64,000 nucleotides of DNA, from positions 372,001 to 436,000 of the forward strand of contig JBBPEB010000020.1 of assembly GCA_039096225.1 (NCBI GenBank). Reading direction: 5' to 3'. Position numbers and translations under genes: made by a program. Under the pieces are notes generated by a model that worked only from the letters and a program-made list of their open reading frames with translations, was not told the DNA's origin and did not search any database. This DNA is from Blastocystis sp. Blastoise (taxonomy: Eukaryota > Protista > Bigyra: Opalinata). Shown here piece by piece: positions 48,161-63,229 of this stretch (its first letter is position 1; each line of letters starts with the position of its first letter).

Positions 48161-50694
48161 TTATATTATATCACGTGTATATGTTCGTGGAATAAATACT
48201 GTGGTGGTTGTAACTTCGTCGGCACTTGCTAAAGTATCTTGATGTTTTCTTTTAGTTTGGTGAACCTCATTCTATATATATATAAATTATATAAACATGA
48301 TGTACAGAATATAATAATAGTTACATATAGGTTCATATATGTTATATACACAGCAATAATCTTCGTCATTGTCTTCATTTGATTCCTTGAAGTTATGGAT
48401 ATCACATACTATAACATTTGTTGGAACTATTTTTTTGATATTAATATATGTCTCATCTAGATTATATGGATCTTTATATATTAAATTATTTGAATTATAT
48501 ATTTTAAAAAAAAGACCACTCTTTGATGATTTCGTATCAGGATAATGATGAGCCTTTACAATAAATAAGTCTTCTATTTGAATGTATTCTAGTGCCTTTA
48601 CTAAGCAAACATGGCTTGTTCCATTTATGTAATCATAATACATCAAATAGGAGTTATCTAATTTTTCTACTCCTTCGTCAATGTCTGTGCACGTAAAAGA
48701 TAATGAATCATTGATCAAAATCTCCGAATATCTAAAGATATTTAATTTCTTGGTGTTCTCCATTACATTATGAAAATTACTTGAATCTCTTAATAATTCT
48801 ATTCTGCTTTCTGTAGTTATATCACCAACATTTAGATTTGAAAATAATTTATTATTAATGTATACGCTATTCATTCTTATTATATGCTTCAAGAATAACT
48901 CCGTAAATAATTGAGTATTATTATTATTAATACTTTCTCTTATGCCCTTTACTGAATAAATCTTCTGATTTTGGTCAGTAACGTAGTAAACACACTCATA
49001 AGCATTAAATGTAACAACATGAGCTGCTATTGAACTACTCTCCGACTCTAATGAACTATTAATTATTGAAGATGCTATATCTATATCTATTATTTCTTTA
49101 AAAGCCATGCTAATTATTGAAGATTTATTGAAGAAGAATCTTCCATGTGTAAGACGTTTTATTGATGAATAAAACCTTTCAGATTCCCAGGTACTAGTAT
49201 ATTGAAGAGATCCGGCATTTTGAATTGATTTCGTTAAATGAGAGAAATAATGTATCTGACTATTGATAAATTCTTTTGGCAAAACTAGATCACATAAGAA
49301 GAGGAATATATAACACTTAGAGTTTATTATGCTTAAATCTTCTATTGTTAACATTTGATTCTTTAAAGTACATAACATAATTATATCAGCTTGAATTTCT
49401 ACTAAAGGAACTAATAACGAATCTGTCTGATTAAAGTCTGATATTATTAGTGGTAATATATATGAAGCAAAGAAGATTCTACTGTGTGATGTCATTTTAT
49501 AAAAACTGGTTTCTTCCAAAGCGAAGCGAAATTGATTTTCACTATCATAGAAAAAAGAATTTACATATTCTAATCTACTCTTCAGTATTTTAATATTATC
49601 TGATGATAATTGTAGTCTCTTTAGTATTTCATCAGGCTTATTGTATTTATGTTTATTTAAAATATCTGTATATTTCATTGTGTCAAATCCTAATAATAAT
49701 GACAGAAGAAGAACTATGGTGTTGTTAAACATGTGCATTGGATCAATATTATAGCTCGTTGCTGCATTAAAATATGGAAGTCTTTCGAATACACTTATTT
49801 TTGAATTAATACCGTTCATAGAAGTTCTTGATGAGGTTTCTTCTCTTGCTATCTCAATAGTTTCTTTTGTATTATCTTCACATATTATTGTAGAATATGC
49901 ATCAGATTGGGTTTCACTCTTGAAATACTTAGTATAATTTATGCATTTAATACCGTTGATAATACAATCTTCTTTAACTGTTATTAGACTAGTAGAAATA
50001 GGATAGAAGATGGTTGTAGTTGTAGATGAAGGAGAATAATCTATGAATGGCTTTATAATTGAATACGAAGTCTTTATACCCTTATGGAAGTTATCGTTAT
50101 CTTTTTGAATATGTAAATTACAGAATCTGCATGGATAATTTGAAGCTGGTCCCGTGAATTCACCTATTTTCTGAATTTCAGCAGTATCACCATACACTTC
50201 TAAGAGAATTCCAACTACTCTTTTTTCTTCAAGCAAACCATTATTACAAACAAGCATTGGTATTCCATCTTTCAAAAGTAGAAGTTCTTTTACTAATAGC
50301 TGTAAAGCAATGCTACGTTCGTCTGTAGAAGAAACTGTAAATACCCAAAACTTCCTTTTATCATATAATCTTATGGGCTTATAATTTAGTAGTTTGATGA
50401 GTACTGGTTGGGAGCTTTTATTCTTTTCTATTAATGGAGAATTATATACAGAAATTCCATCTGAAGTTACGGTGAAGAACAAAAATATATCACCGTTGTT
50501 ATGAACTGTTTTCATGTACTCCTTAAAATTATCTCCATTCATGTATAAAGGAAGACTTTTATTTGAAACATAATTATCATGTAATGCTGGTTCTATATCT
50601 TCTTTATTATATAATTCAATATCTTGAATTAATTTTTCGCTTTTGAGGAGTTGCTTAATACGAGATATCAGTGGTAAAACTGTGGTATATCTAA

Positions 50695-50725
<31 letters not shown>

Positions 50726-51571
50726 ACATAATATCATATAATTAATATAATATAATTTAATATAATATAATATAATGTATAGATTTTATACATAACGATA
50801 TTTATATATATTTATAACTATGTTCTATTAAATATGTATATATATATATTAATGTATATCATTGAATATTATATATAATATAATATATATTATATAATTA
50901 TATATAACATATATATATAGGTATATACGAGAGCCGTCACAATTTACAGAGTTGCAATTATTTCTAGAATTTGTAGAAATATTTCTACCTGTATTAAAGT
51001 CAACTAATATTTTACATTCTTCACACCAAAATATATTTATACTAAATGGCATATATTCATTTCTTGTGGATAATCTACGAATAAAATCTTGTCCTCTTTT
51101 TGGTATTTTTAACTCAGGCTGATTTGATACTGTTATTATAACATTATTTACAAGCTTTATTAGTTCAATTACAGATTCTTGGCTTATATTCAGTCTTTTC
51201 CAAGTGGTGAAAATCTGTTGATGTAATGAATCTTCTATCGATGTATTTATGTTGTTTCTTTTAAACTAAAGATATTAATTTTTATTATAATTCATTATAT
51301 GGTATTAATATTGTAATGGATATAAATAATTTACTTCATGATTTGAAATTTCCTTCATAATATTGCTTAGGATTTGTTCATCATCATTCGAAAGAATGTC
51401 ATTAATGTTTGATGATATATTTTCATTGTCGGGGCAACCTGTTTGGTGAATGTTATTTGAAATCTGCTGATCAGCACCTATAGCTTCTTGAATAAAAGAA
51501 TATATTTGAATTGAGTGTTTACCCTTAGGCTTTTTATACCAGTTGGATGGGAATAATCTTTGACCAACCAT
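48161..51571 (-). CDS. CACTA/EnSpm (CMC) transposase, ~1009 aa; exons 51571-51335, 51265-50929, 50694-48350, 48271-48161
   Basis: TSDGISVY, YGDTAE, YPCRFC, IDPMH, QIHYFSHL, AGSL...TWESERFY motifs of tnp2-type transposases; CxxC..CxxxxC Zn-binding exon; spliced frame has no stops. Confidence 0.9.
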
Positions 51572-51704
51572 TTGGAAATAGTGATATTATTTTATGGTTT
51601 TTCTTGAATTATTTCCATTTTGTATATATTTTTTCTATTTATATATAATTATATCTCCTTATAATAAATTCAGAATAGTATCATATTAATATTTTTACTG
51701 AAAA

Positions 51705-52466
51705 ATGAGTAATAATAATGATAAATGGAACGATTTTAGAAAACAAATGATGGGCTGTATTAATGAATTTATAGATTTACAGATTGGTACAAAAAAAATT
51801 GGTATTTTCTTCGTTATGCTTTACTATATTATTTATAGACGAAAAATTAGACTATCTAGATTCTAATATGGAATCTTTTTTGAGACATAGAGCTTTAGAA
51901 TGTGGAATACCAGTAAACTATACAAGATCTGCTACTATAACTATTAGTGTATGTATATATACTTAATATAATATTTTAATATAGAATGTTCTTCGTTATA
52001 TCCCGTTTGTATTATCTGTAGATGATAGAATGGATGTTTTTAATTTATTTAGAATTGAAGAAGGGTCTGTAAATTTTAGGTATGACTGTAATTTGTTTAA
52101 AAGAATGTGTGAATTATGTCTTAAATATTCAAATAAAGTTGGGCAGGTCATGGATTTAACATTGGATAATATCAAAACGATAGTTAGATCAATACTTGTT
52201 AATAAAAAGTTAAATGGAACACTATTTACTTATTTTGGATTCAAATTAAAAGATATTTCTATTGAAGAGTTCAGAAAACAATTCAAAGCTGATAAAAAAT
52301 ATCTATTTGTATGTAAATTATAATCTATATATTCTTTTATATTTATATATTTATTTAGAAAACTAAGTGGATATTAATAAAAGATTTTCATCATATGAGA
52401 CAAACAAGATATAATAAACACAGGAATATTCTAGAAGATTTAAAGATTATAAATGAAGAATTTTAG
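51705..52466 (+). CDS. CACTA companion protein of unknown function, ~207 aa, 4 exons
   Basis: Exons 51705-51786, 51839-51948, 51985-52308 and 52359-52466 splice in frame; homologous fragment at 55070. Confidence 0.7.
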
Positions 52467-52745
52467 TGGTTCTCGAATTGAGATTTCTTATAATTAGTAT
52501 ATAATTATTATTAAATATATTATCACTAAACATAATCTTTTATAGCCATTCATTCTTCATCTTTATTATTTTGGGATATTTTATTTTAGAATATTTACAT
52601 ATTTTTTTTATTTTCAAGGCAATAATGTATTTATTTATATATATACTTGTTTGTGTACAATTTATATATATGTATATTGTTTATAGGAGTTGATACTTTA
52701 GATAATCAACAATTTTATTGTGTATTGTATGTTTATTTGAAAAAT

Positions 52746-53150
52746 ATTTATAAGATTTTTAGGTTATTAGTTTTTGTATAAAGTGGTTGTTGTTGAGACT
52801 AGTATTCTGAATTGTAATTCTTGTATATATAAAATTTATTATTATCTTATTTATAAGATTTTTAGGTTATTAGTTTGTGTATAAAGTGGTTATTGTGGAG
52901 ACTAGTATTCTGAATTGCAATTCTTGTATATATAAAATTTATTATTATTTTATTTATAAGATTTTTAGGTTATTAGTTTGTGTATAAAGTGGTTATTGTG
53001 GAGACTAGTATTCTGAATTGTAATTCTGTATATATAAAATTTATTATTATTTTATTTATAAGATTTTTAGGTTATTAGTTTGTGCATAAAGTGGTTATTG
53101 TGGAGACTAGTATTCTGAATTGTAATTCTGTATATATTTAATTTATTATT
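52746..53150. repeat. ~103-bp tandem repeat, 4 copies
   Basis: atttataagatttttaggttattagttt...gagactagtattctgaattg at 52746, 52849, 52952 and 53054. Confidence 0.95.
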
Positions 53151-54985
53151 ATCTTTAAATTTATGTATTTTATAGTCATTAAAAATTTGTGATTTCAAAA
53201 AAGAAATACTTTAAATATAATATTTCTTGCTATTATAATTATTATTTACATATTTTTTATAGACACATATCTTGGGCTTTCATTTATAGCCTTTTATTAA
53301 ATTATAATTAATTAGCTTATATTTTATTTTAAAAGTGCATATTTTTTAAATTTTTACTTAATATAGTCATAAATAGTCGATTTTATATTATTTTTGTTAT
53401 GTTTATAAATTAATAACCTATGAAACTACTAATCAAAAGAAATGAAAAGCAAAATTTGTTTTTATATTCTTGAATAAATAAAAATAATAATCCAATCATA
53501 TAACTTATATGAAACCACATCGACAAAATAATTGGATATAAGCGCTATTATGTCCACTCAAATTGTATATATATATTTTAGTATCCATTAACATTGTTGT
53601 AAAAAACGAGCTGAAAAAATCTGAATCAGTCTGATCCGTTCAAAGCTTATGGATCAAACTTTTTGATTCACGGGAATGCCTGTCAGTGTTTCTCAGTCAA
53701 TATTTTATTATTTTATATAATTTTAACAAATAAATACATAGAATAAAACATATTAATAATATAATTTTTAATATTTAAAATTAATTAAGAAATGAGTTCA
53801 GTAGCGTCAATAGTATAACATGTTAAAAAACTGAAAATTGAAAAATCATTTTTCTCAAAATTTTCTGAAAGTTGACAAATCAAATTCATATTTGACAATT
53901 AATTTTTATATATTTGAAAACTACACCTTATATGTATTGCATTTCTCAAAAAAATTAATCAAAAATAAGTTAGACGAGTGTATGAGTATATGCACATGTT
54001 GGCTCAAAATTTGTAAAAAGTAGTTATATGTGTCCTAAATCACAAATTTGGACAATTGTATAAATATTATTACTTTATAATGAGTTTAAAGCGTAAAATA
54101 ATTTTGAATTGTCTGTTTGACTGTCTTAAGTGAAGAGATTCAATACACTTTTTGTAATAATGAGTATTAGAGTGTTTAATGTTTACAATAATAAAAGAAT
54201 TATTTGAAATAAAGGTGGTTGTGTGTTTGACCAAAATGTTAAAATGAGTCTATTTTTCCAAAATGGTTGTAATAAGTATGCATTGAGTGTTTTTTGAATG
54301 TTTTATATAAAAATCTAAAATAAATAAATAATTTAAGTTGTTCAAAAAATTATTTTTTTAGAATTACAATAGTTAAGTCAAGAGATTCAAGTCACTTTTT
54401 ATAATAATAATAAATAGACTTATTATAGAACATAAAATATTAAAAATTAGTTTAATTAAATGTAGTTGACTGTTTGATAGGAATGTTAAAATGGGTAAAA
54501 TGATTTTAATTGCTTCTAAAACCGTATAATACGTTTATTCTTGACTAAATACAAAACTATTATAGTTTTAGAATGTTTTTTGTCTTTCAAAACAACTCAT
54601 TTTTTGTAATTGCGACTTTAAACAAATGAAATTCAAGTTACTTTTTATAAATTAAAATAATAAATTAAATATATATGTATATTAATATAAAATTAGTTAA
54701 AATAAAAGTGGATGTGTTTGAAAAAAAGTTAAAAGTTTTTTAAAGTTTTTTAAAATAACTTATTTGTTTTATAAACGATATTTAATGTACAACAGCTAAG
54801 ATTTTTTATTGTTTAAATATATTTATGATATAGAATGTAATTCTACTTTTCCATTCTAGTTTTTAGTTTTATATAATGAAATTGTCATTAATGTTATTAT
54901 TAAATTTGAAATAAATTTGAATTCAGAATATAAAATAATGAAAAGATAACTTTTTTACAAACTTTTTCTTTTATTTTTATTTAGA

Positions 54986-55030
54986 TTCAAGCGTAGGCTG
55001 GCGTAGCCAGTCGTGAAACGCTTGAACTAA
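54986..55030 (+). mobile_element. Helitron-type 3' hairpin + CTAA
   Basis: TTCAAGCGT-A-GGCTGGC-GTA-GCCAGTC-GTGAA-ACGCTTGAA then CTAA^T (CTRR); same GGC-GNA-GCC apex as the 11166 terminus. Confidence 0.6.
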
Positions 55031-55069
55031 TAAAATTGTATACCATTTAATGTATTTTAAATATTTAGG

Positions 55070-55325
55070 ATGCTTTGAATTTAGTGCCATTTGTTTTATC
55101 TGTTGATGAAAGGAAAAATGCTTTTCAAATGTGGAAGCTCTTAAAGGGAAGATATGTTGTTGATATGGATAATATCCTCTTCAAGAAGATATGCTCGATT
55201 GAATGGAACGTAATTCAAAATCAGGACCAAAACACAATAGTTGATCCATTTCAGGTTCAGAATGTGATAGCTGCGTCGATTAGAAACAAAAGATATAAAA
55301 ATTCTATATTAAAATTCTTTATAAT
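55070..55325 (+). pseudogene. Exon fragment homologous to the CACTA companion gene
   Basis: LNLVPFVLSVDERKNAF...NILFKKIC vs LRYIPFVLSVDDRMDVF...CNLFKRMC, with the same upstream acceptor position. Confidence 0.75.
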
Positions 55326-56249
55326 CACTATGAGGTCAAAACAAATTTTTAAAGCTTTTTAATTGGTTAAATTTGGTTAAAAGTTGATTCCACCAATAGA
55401 AAAAGACTTACTTCAGCGACTTAGGCAAAAATCGTGAATTTTGACAAAATTTTGACACTTTTTTTAGTTGATTCTTTATTAGACTTTAAAAACCACACTA
55501 GACGTGTTATATAATAAAATTGACAATAATTTCTTGTTTTAGAATGTCACACAATGTGAAAAACGTTTTTTTAATTTTTAAAGTTGCAATTTTGATAATT
55601 AATGGGGTCAATATTTTAAAGAGTTTTGTTGTTGGGTTTGAAGAAAATGCTGTCAAAAGGTCATAGATATCAATAAAAATAATTAATACGACCTCTAAGG
55701 GTCAATATAAATATTCAGCCAAAAACTCAAATTTTGTTGTTTTTTACAGTGAAAAAAAATGAACGAGTCTATTTTGTCTGGCAGAGAGTCAAACCAGACT
55801 TTTGAATTCTGTCATATTTACGGGAATAATCTTATTGTTCAAAACTGAGTCTAGTTATATTTGACTTCATATCGAAGGGTATGAACAGTTCTAAAACACT
55901 TTTATTACTTAAATGTCATCAACAGTTAATTGCGTCATGAATAGAATTTACAAAAACCCAAAATAACAAAAACATTACCATTCACAAAAACAAATTGTTT
56001 ATTTTTCACAAACTTTTATTATTTTACTTATATAGAAACCTCACTTGACTCGTATCAATAAAGATCACCGCACTAGGGGCATATTTTGAAATTTTGACAA
56101 CATGATTATTTTTTTATTGATATTTTAAAAGTCATTTGAAAAGATAATACAACGTTTACAATAAAAGCGAGTATGTTTGGAAACATGAAGTCTAAAATAT
56201 GTGAAAAAAAACACAAGAATAACTATGGAAATCTACTTTTTTATCATAC

Positions 56250-56860
56250 AAAAATCGAAATTAATCATATTTTTCTTTGTTATTCTAAAACTATATTATC
56301 TCTATCTCCACGTTCATAATCTACATAAGGAATCATTTTACATGTATGATGTTTTTAAATCTAATCATATATTATTGTCTAATTATTATTTTAAATATGT
56401 ATTAACCATGCAATTATTTTATTGTTCTATTTATAGCATTATTTGATTATAAAAGAGTTTCTGAGAACATTTCCAGATTATTGGAATTCATATTTTGCCA
56501 AAATTAGTCAATGAGTATAATATTGTTACCGATTACATGAATAATTCTTTGAAGACATAGAAGGAAGTGGCTATCATGAATCAAACAAGATATTTAGCAT
56601 TTTAATGTTTCTTATTGTATATAAATATGTATATTATTTGTGGATTAAATGTCAAGTTCTTTAAAATATTTTATTATTATATGCATATCTAATTATTAGT
56701 TATTATAGAGTTTCTTGAATGATATTTACTGTTATTGACTTTTTAATTAATAATTAGTTAAGTTCTTATTAATATAGATGATATAAATCTCAAACTAATG
56801 ATGCTTTTCATGACAATTTATTCATGGTTATTATCAACGAATCATTATTTATTCAACTTA

Positions 56861-56900
<40 letters not shown>

Positions 56901-59900
56901 CTGATTTTTAGATAAAATTATTCGAATACAATTATAATAAACTTACTCCATAGAATATGTTTTAGTTTTAACGTTGATGTATAATACTTTTCCATTTATG
57001 ATTAGTATCGTAACTATTACTTTTATTTCATTATATATGGTACGTGTTGAATCGTTTGTATTTTTAGAACGCTTCTATAACTGTATTTTCTATTATGCAT
57101 GTTACCTTATTAGAAACATAAGAAAAAATTTTAATTATATATGTTGATGTTACTATTACTGAATTAATTGTAATCTTAAATAATTCCTTTCAACTATAGT
57201 TTTTTTCGTATTGATGATATTCTCTAATTGATAATATAATAATTTCTTTTCAACGTTTCCTCCTTCATATAATCCTCCTTCAAATTTAAAACAAAATTCC
57301 TTAAAATATATATAATAAATTAATATAATTAGAATTCTCCTATATATTTTTATTCTAAAGATATAACTTCTTAAAAATAATTGTATTGCATGTATTTGGT
57401 ATGATAATTTATAAAATGAGCATATTGTTAAATATATTCAATTTTAATATAATTGAAATAAACAAATGTCATAATAAAAAGATTTTCTGGTATTCTTACT
57501 AATGTTACAGCTATTATTAATTTTATTATTTCTACATCTTCTCAAATATCAACAATATTATAATCATAACGAAATATACTATTTTATATTAACATTATAT
57601 TATACTTCAAAAAACAGATGCTAATTGCTTATATTTATAATAATACTTCAAAGAATAATAATCACTTATAAGAATTATTTATTATTTAATAATATGTAAT
57701 ATTAATCAAAAGTCGATAAAATGATTTCAAATAGAATATTGTAACTGATTAATAACTCTTCTTAGCAAGCTATTAGTTCTTCCTATTATTATTTGTGATA
57801 ATCTTTGATTCATTTAGAGTTTTATTTTATTTCTAACACTGTTTGAAATATACCTATTAATCTATTTATAAAAAAATATTATATCAATAAAACCTATATG
57901 TTCTTATACTGGTACTTCGTTAAGAAAAATGGTATTATTATTCTAAAATGTGAAACACAAGCTAATGATACTATATTTCTCGAAGTATATTAAATTTCTT
58001 CTTTTCATTTCTTTTTTATCAGTCAAATAATATATACCCTAATAACAAATAGATCTATTTGCATTTAAAAACTATCTTGTACCATTTATTATTTCTTTAA
58101 ATATTGTAAATATTCTTATAAAATAAAGATAAAATCAAAATAATATTTTATTTTCATTATATTGGTAATAAAAATGATCATTATTTTACAATTCTTTATT
58201 CTATTAATACTAATCCTTCTTAACATATCTTCATTTTTATTACTTCTTCTATTATATAAATTATCTATTCATTTGTTATTATGGAAAAACAAATGTTTTT
58301 ATAATACTAATATATAATATTTAAAGTTTACATAATTAATAATTAGATACTATGTTACCATGGTGCTATTCTAAAAGAAAATATATTACTTCCCATACTT
58401 TTTAAAGATTACTTGAATTCTTGACAACTGTTTATATAAATAATTCTCTTATTAAAAGTATTCTATTGTTATTAGTACTTCTTTAAAGGTTATTTAAGAA
58501 CAATTACTTTCTAGTCGATATATTAATTGATTCTCTTCGTTTTTTTCACTTCATTCTCCTTTCACATATTAAGTTATTAGACACACAATGTGTTACTTAA
58601 TATTACAGTACTATTCATATGTTTTTATTATATACGCTTCTTATCCTCATTATATACAATCATGTTTCTACTATACCGTCACTATTTAGTATAACTATAT
58701 TAAAATATCTTATAAATAATATATTATGCTATTATTATGGTTTTACTTTTTATTAAGTTTAAAATAACAAATTATGTTACATGAAGCTTAACAATATTTA
58801 TTTAATTATGTTTATACTATTTTTCTTCTTCTTTGCTGAGAATAATATATATATATATTTTCTGATTAATAATATAAGAAATATATAATTATTGTTATAC
58901 TTATATAAATAGTATAACAAAGTATTAATTGATATTTTCAGAATTGATTCATGCTTTCATGTTTTATATATTTTGTAATTATTCTATCCAAAAGAAAAAC
59001 TAGCAATCATATTATATGCTTGCTGACTATTACATTTACAATTATTATTCATTATGAACGTATTCAAGATTGTCAATTATTAGAAAATATATTCTATTTT
59101 TCATATGTAAAAGCAGATCCTGAAAATATTTTATTACTCTTTCTTATCTTTATAAAGTAGTAAAATTTTCAGAATTCTTAGAATCTACTCTTAATATTGA
59201 TTATTTAAAATTAACTATAGAATGTATTTCAATAATAAAAGAGAATATTAAATATATTATGTTACCTTTATAAATTATGGAGTATTATGTTATCAAGAAA
59301 ATAAGTTAATACATATTAATAATTATAATATTATATGTATACTATATGAAATACATAACAAATAATAAAGTGTAGTTACTTCTTTAAACAATTCTATAAT
59401 AAAATACAAACATTATATAATGTTATTTCTCCTACGATGTCTTGCCATTCTCATAAGCTATAATTAGCTGATTTATTAATAGATGGAAAACTTTTCAGAT
59501 ATGTCTGAAAAAAATTTATATATTTAATTTTAAAAAATAATTATATATTCTATAATATATTTAGTAATATATTTATTATTGAACAATATAATGAGATATT
59601 AGTTATGCCAAATGATGCTTATATTTATAAGATTTCTATATTATGCAAAGTAATTAAAATGTTTTATGCTATAAATGATAAAAAAAACTTCTATATTTCT
59701 ACATCATGCATAATTAATATAAGAATCTATTTTCATGATAAAGAACGCTTTTTTCGTTTTTATTGGTTTTTTGTTATCTAAATTGCTCATCATTTATGTT
59801 TTAGAATATTTTCCAATAATTATTATATACCTATCTTGATTCTAAACATATATGTCTTTATTAGTATTATTATGTTTTCCAGAAATAGTTACAATAAATA

Positions 59901-60420
59901 TAATGGACTCTATCTCCTTTCTATAAATATTATATATTATAATTGAATATTTCTTTTTAGGCATAAGTTCAAAGAGTAACTACTCTATCATATCTTGAAT
60001 TCTTTTAGTAATTCCTATTCTGATTTTAAAATATATTATATTAATTTGATAATCAGTCTACTAAACAGAAATCTGCTCTTTCTTCATTCTTGTCAATATT
60101 CTTCTATCAGTGATTTTAATATTCTGTTTTACAGTTTCTTCTCACAATGTTTACTATTTATATGTTTTAAAATAGATATCGTCCTATATTATTTTATCAG
60201 AGTGGTACTAATAGAACCTATATAGAAAATTTATTTTATCGATTAAGTTTATTCATTTATGTAAAAGTGTTTACTATTGGTTCATGATAAATAAAAACTA
60301 AGCAACAGATTTATTATTTACTAAAAATTTATATGTTTACAATTACTGGAAAGTAGAAGTAATCTAACTAGTACTATATACAAATATCCTTTGAAAACAA
60401 ATCATGAAATATTAATTTAA
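56250..60420. pseudogene. Highly decayed gene-fragment cargo
   Basis: Residual exon/intron texture, very low G+C, no ORF with recognisable motifs. Confidence 0.4.
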
Positions 60421-60445
60421 TTATATAAATAGTAAGAGAATAATT

Positions 60446-60490
<45 letters not shown>

Positions 60491-63121
60491 CTAATAATAA
60501 TTTGTTGAAATATATCCATTATCCCTATAGTTCTCTTTTGGATTGAATACCGTGTATGTGGATACATCATTTACATCTACTATTTGATTGTCACAATTAA
60601 TATAGTGTTTTCCTTTCTTCTATATATATATACTTATGTTACCAATGATTTATATATACTTCTCGATAAATTGAATTATCAATATTCTGATCTACATGTA
60701 TATCTGCTACAAAAATATTTGAAGGAACTATACTATTAATCATTTGAAAACCTAGAAAAGCATGATCGTCCTTAAAGTTATAAAATAATCCTGTTGATGA
60801 TGTAGAAGCTATACCATAATCATACTTCCTAACTAACATAAATTCTTCTATTTGTATGTACCACAATGCCTTAATTAAATGAGGGTTATGAGTTCCATTA
60901 GTTTCGAAATATAATAAATATGAGTTATCAATTCTCATTACTCCTTCATCTATCAAACTTGTTGTAAATACAAATTTATTATTCATCATTATCTTTTCAA
61001 AGAAATTAATTTTAAAAGTAGAAAAGTTATGTTTCATTTTAATAAATGTATCATTATCTTGAATCGTGTATGATAAACCAGTTAAATTAGTATTAGGAAC
61101 GTAAATATCGAAAAAGAGCTTATTAATAAGATTAACATCACCTTCAGTAATTATTGTATTGAAAATACTCTTTTATTCATCATCAGATAATTTTTTTGGT
61201 GAAATTAAGTTTATACCTTTTACAGATATAATTGGAGGTCTTATTCTATATCGAAATGAATGATCTCTAAGAGAAAGAATTATGTTTCTGTTATTTTCTG
61301 AATGAATGTATGGTTGTTCGTTAATTATACTATTATTACTTATATTGGATTTCTGTATATTATTTATCATATCATTAGTTTGTTGTCTACTTAAAAGAAT
61401 TGATTCTTTAACTATTGATGTTAAACAACATGAAATATTGAATTCATTTCTGGAATGAGAACTATGCTTGATTTTTGAGTAATATGCTTCAGACTTCCAT
61501 GTTGATGATATAGATAAACTTCCAGCCTTTCGAATACATTCTGTGAGATGTTGAACTGAATGAATTTGTGATGTTATTAATGAATCTGTTAGTAGTAATT
61601 CACATAAGAATGTGAAAGTATAGCACTTAGTTTTAAGAATTTCTAGTTCTTTTTCGTCAATTGCTGTATAAACAGAACAGTCATGAATAATTGAAGCAAA
61701 TATTTCTATTAAAGGTACAATAAGGCTGTCTTCTCCACTGAAATCAAAGAGTATTAAAGGAAGTACCTTGGATATAAAAAAAATCTTGGTATGTGTACTA
61801 AGTTTATTAAATTTTATTTCTTCTGTAATATAACGAAATTGATATTCACAACTTCCATATATGCTATTAAAAGCTGATAATCTTGTTCTTAATATTTCTA
61901 AATTATCATCACTAAGTTTATATTTTGAATAAGAAACTATATTAATGACTTCATTCTCTATGGATATATCTTCTACTTGTTGTGTATTTCTTTTCATGAT
62001 ATTCTGTTTATATTTGGGTATATTTATTTGGTTAGAATTTGATGTAGCTTTTTGATTAACTTCTGATTGAGAATCATTTTCCTTATCTTTTAAGAATCCA
62101 AAGAGGAGAGATAGTAATGTATTGCATATATTACCAAATAAATGCATGACATCTAATGGAAAAGAAGATGATTGATCGAAATACTGTAGTTTATCAAGAG
62201 AAGATTTAGTTGTTTTTATTCCTTTTTCATCTTTAGTATCAGGATATTTGGCTCTTATTTGTTCGATTATTTCTTTACTATAGTGTGAATATCTTATATT
62301 TGTAAATGCTTTATAATTATTTTGGTTCTTTGATGGAATATAGTCATAACGTACGAATCTATCATTTTTAATTGGTAATAAGTCATGATGTATCCATTGA
62401 AGAGTAGTTTGTGAACATGGTATATATAAACATGAAGAAGTACTATCGTTAATAATATTATGCTCAATCTGGCTGAAGGAACAACTCATTCCATGATGAA
62501 ATGTATTTCGATATTTATCACATATCATGTCACAAAATCGACAAGGATATGTCGACGCTGGGCTTAAGAACTTTCCAACATGCGTAATTGCTGTTGTATC
62601 ACCAAAAAAATTAATTAATAATCCTACTACTCTCTTCTTCTGAATTGAACCATTAATTGAAACATCCATTATTATACCTTCATGAAGCAATTTTAACTCT
62701 TCAACTAGAATGTCTAAACATGTATCTAGTCTGTTTTCTTGAACACAAGAATACATGTAATACTTGCGAGTATCAATCTTTCTATGTCTCTTATAATTTA
62801 ACAACTCAATTAGAATTGGATTGGATGAACGATTTTGTATTGTTACAGGCTTATCGAATATTGATATACCATCTGTGGTAATATTAAAAGCTAAGAAAAT
62901 GTCTCCATTATTTAATGATTGTTGAAGATAGGTTCTATAATTTGTACCAAGCATATAAAGAGGTATATCGTTATTTATAGATGCATCATTTGAATTGTAT
63001 CCTGTATCAACCAATCCTGCAATTTCTTCTTTACTATAGTATTCAATTCCAGAAATTAGAATTGGTGAAGAGAGAAGTTGTATAATACGTGGTATAAGCG
63101 GAATTATGATTTGCTTTGTGC
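60491..63121 (-). pseudogene. CACTA transposase paralogue with one premature stop; 5' exons missing
   Basis: TTDGISIF, FGDTTA, YPCRFC, LDVMH, QIHSVQHL, AGSL...TWKSEAYY; ORFs 61173-63014 and 60639-61037 are in the same frame, separated by a single TAA at 61173-61175. Confidence 0.9.
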
Positions 63122-63229
63122 CTAGTTATATAATTATTATTATTTCGTTTTTGCATAGATAAATGGTTATAGTAATATGAAAAGAATTGTATATATATAT
63201 ATATATATCATTACTATATATATGAGAAT

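Larger units (their letters stand above)
55326..63121 (-). mobile_element. Second CACTA element (left end, decayed cargo and transposase; other end not seen)
   Basis: Begins CACTATGAGG; the first ~550 bp align with 35889-36430 (gacttaggcaaaaa, ttattagactttaaaaacc, taatggggtcaatattttaaa, attcagccaaaaa). Confidence 0.8.
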
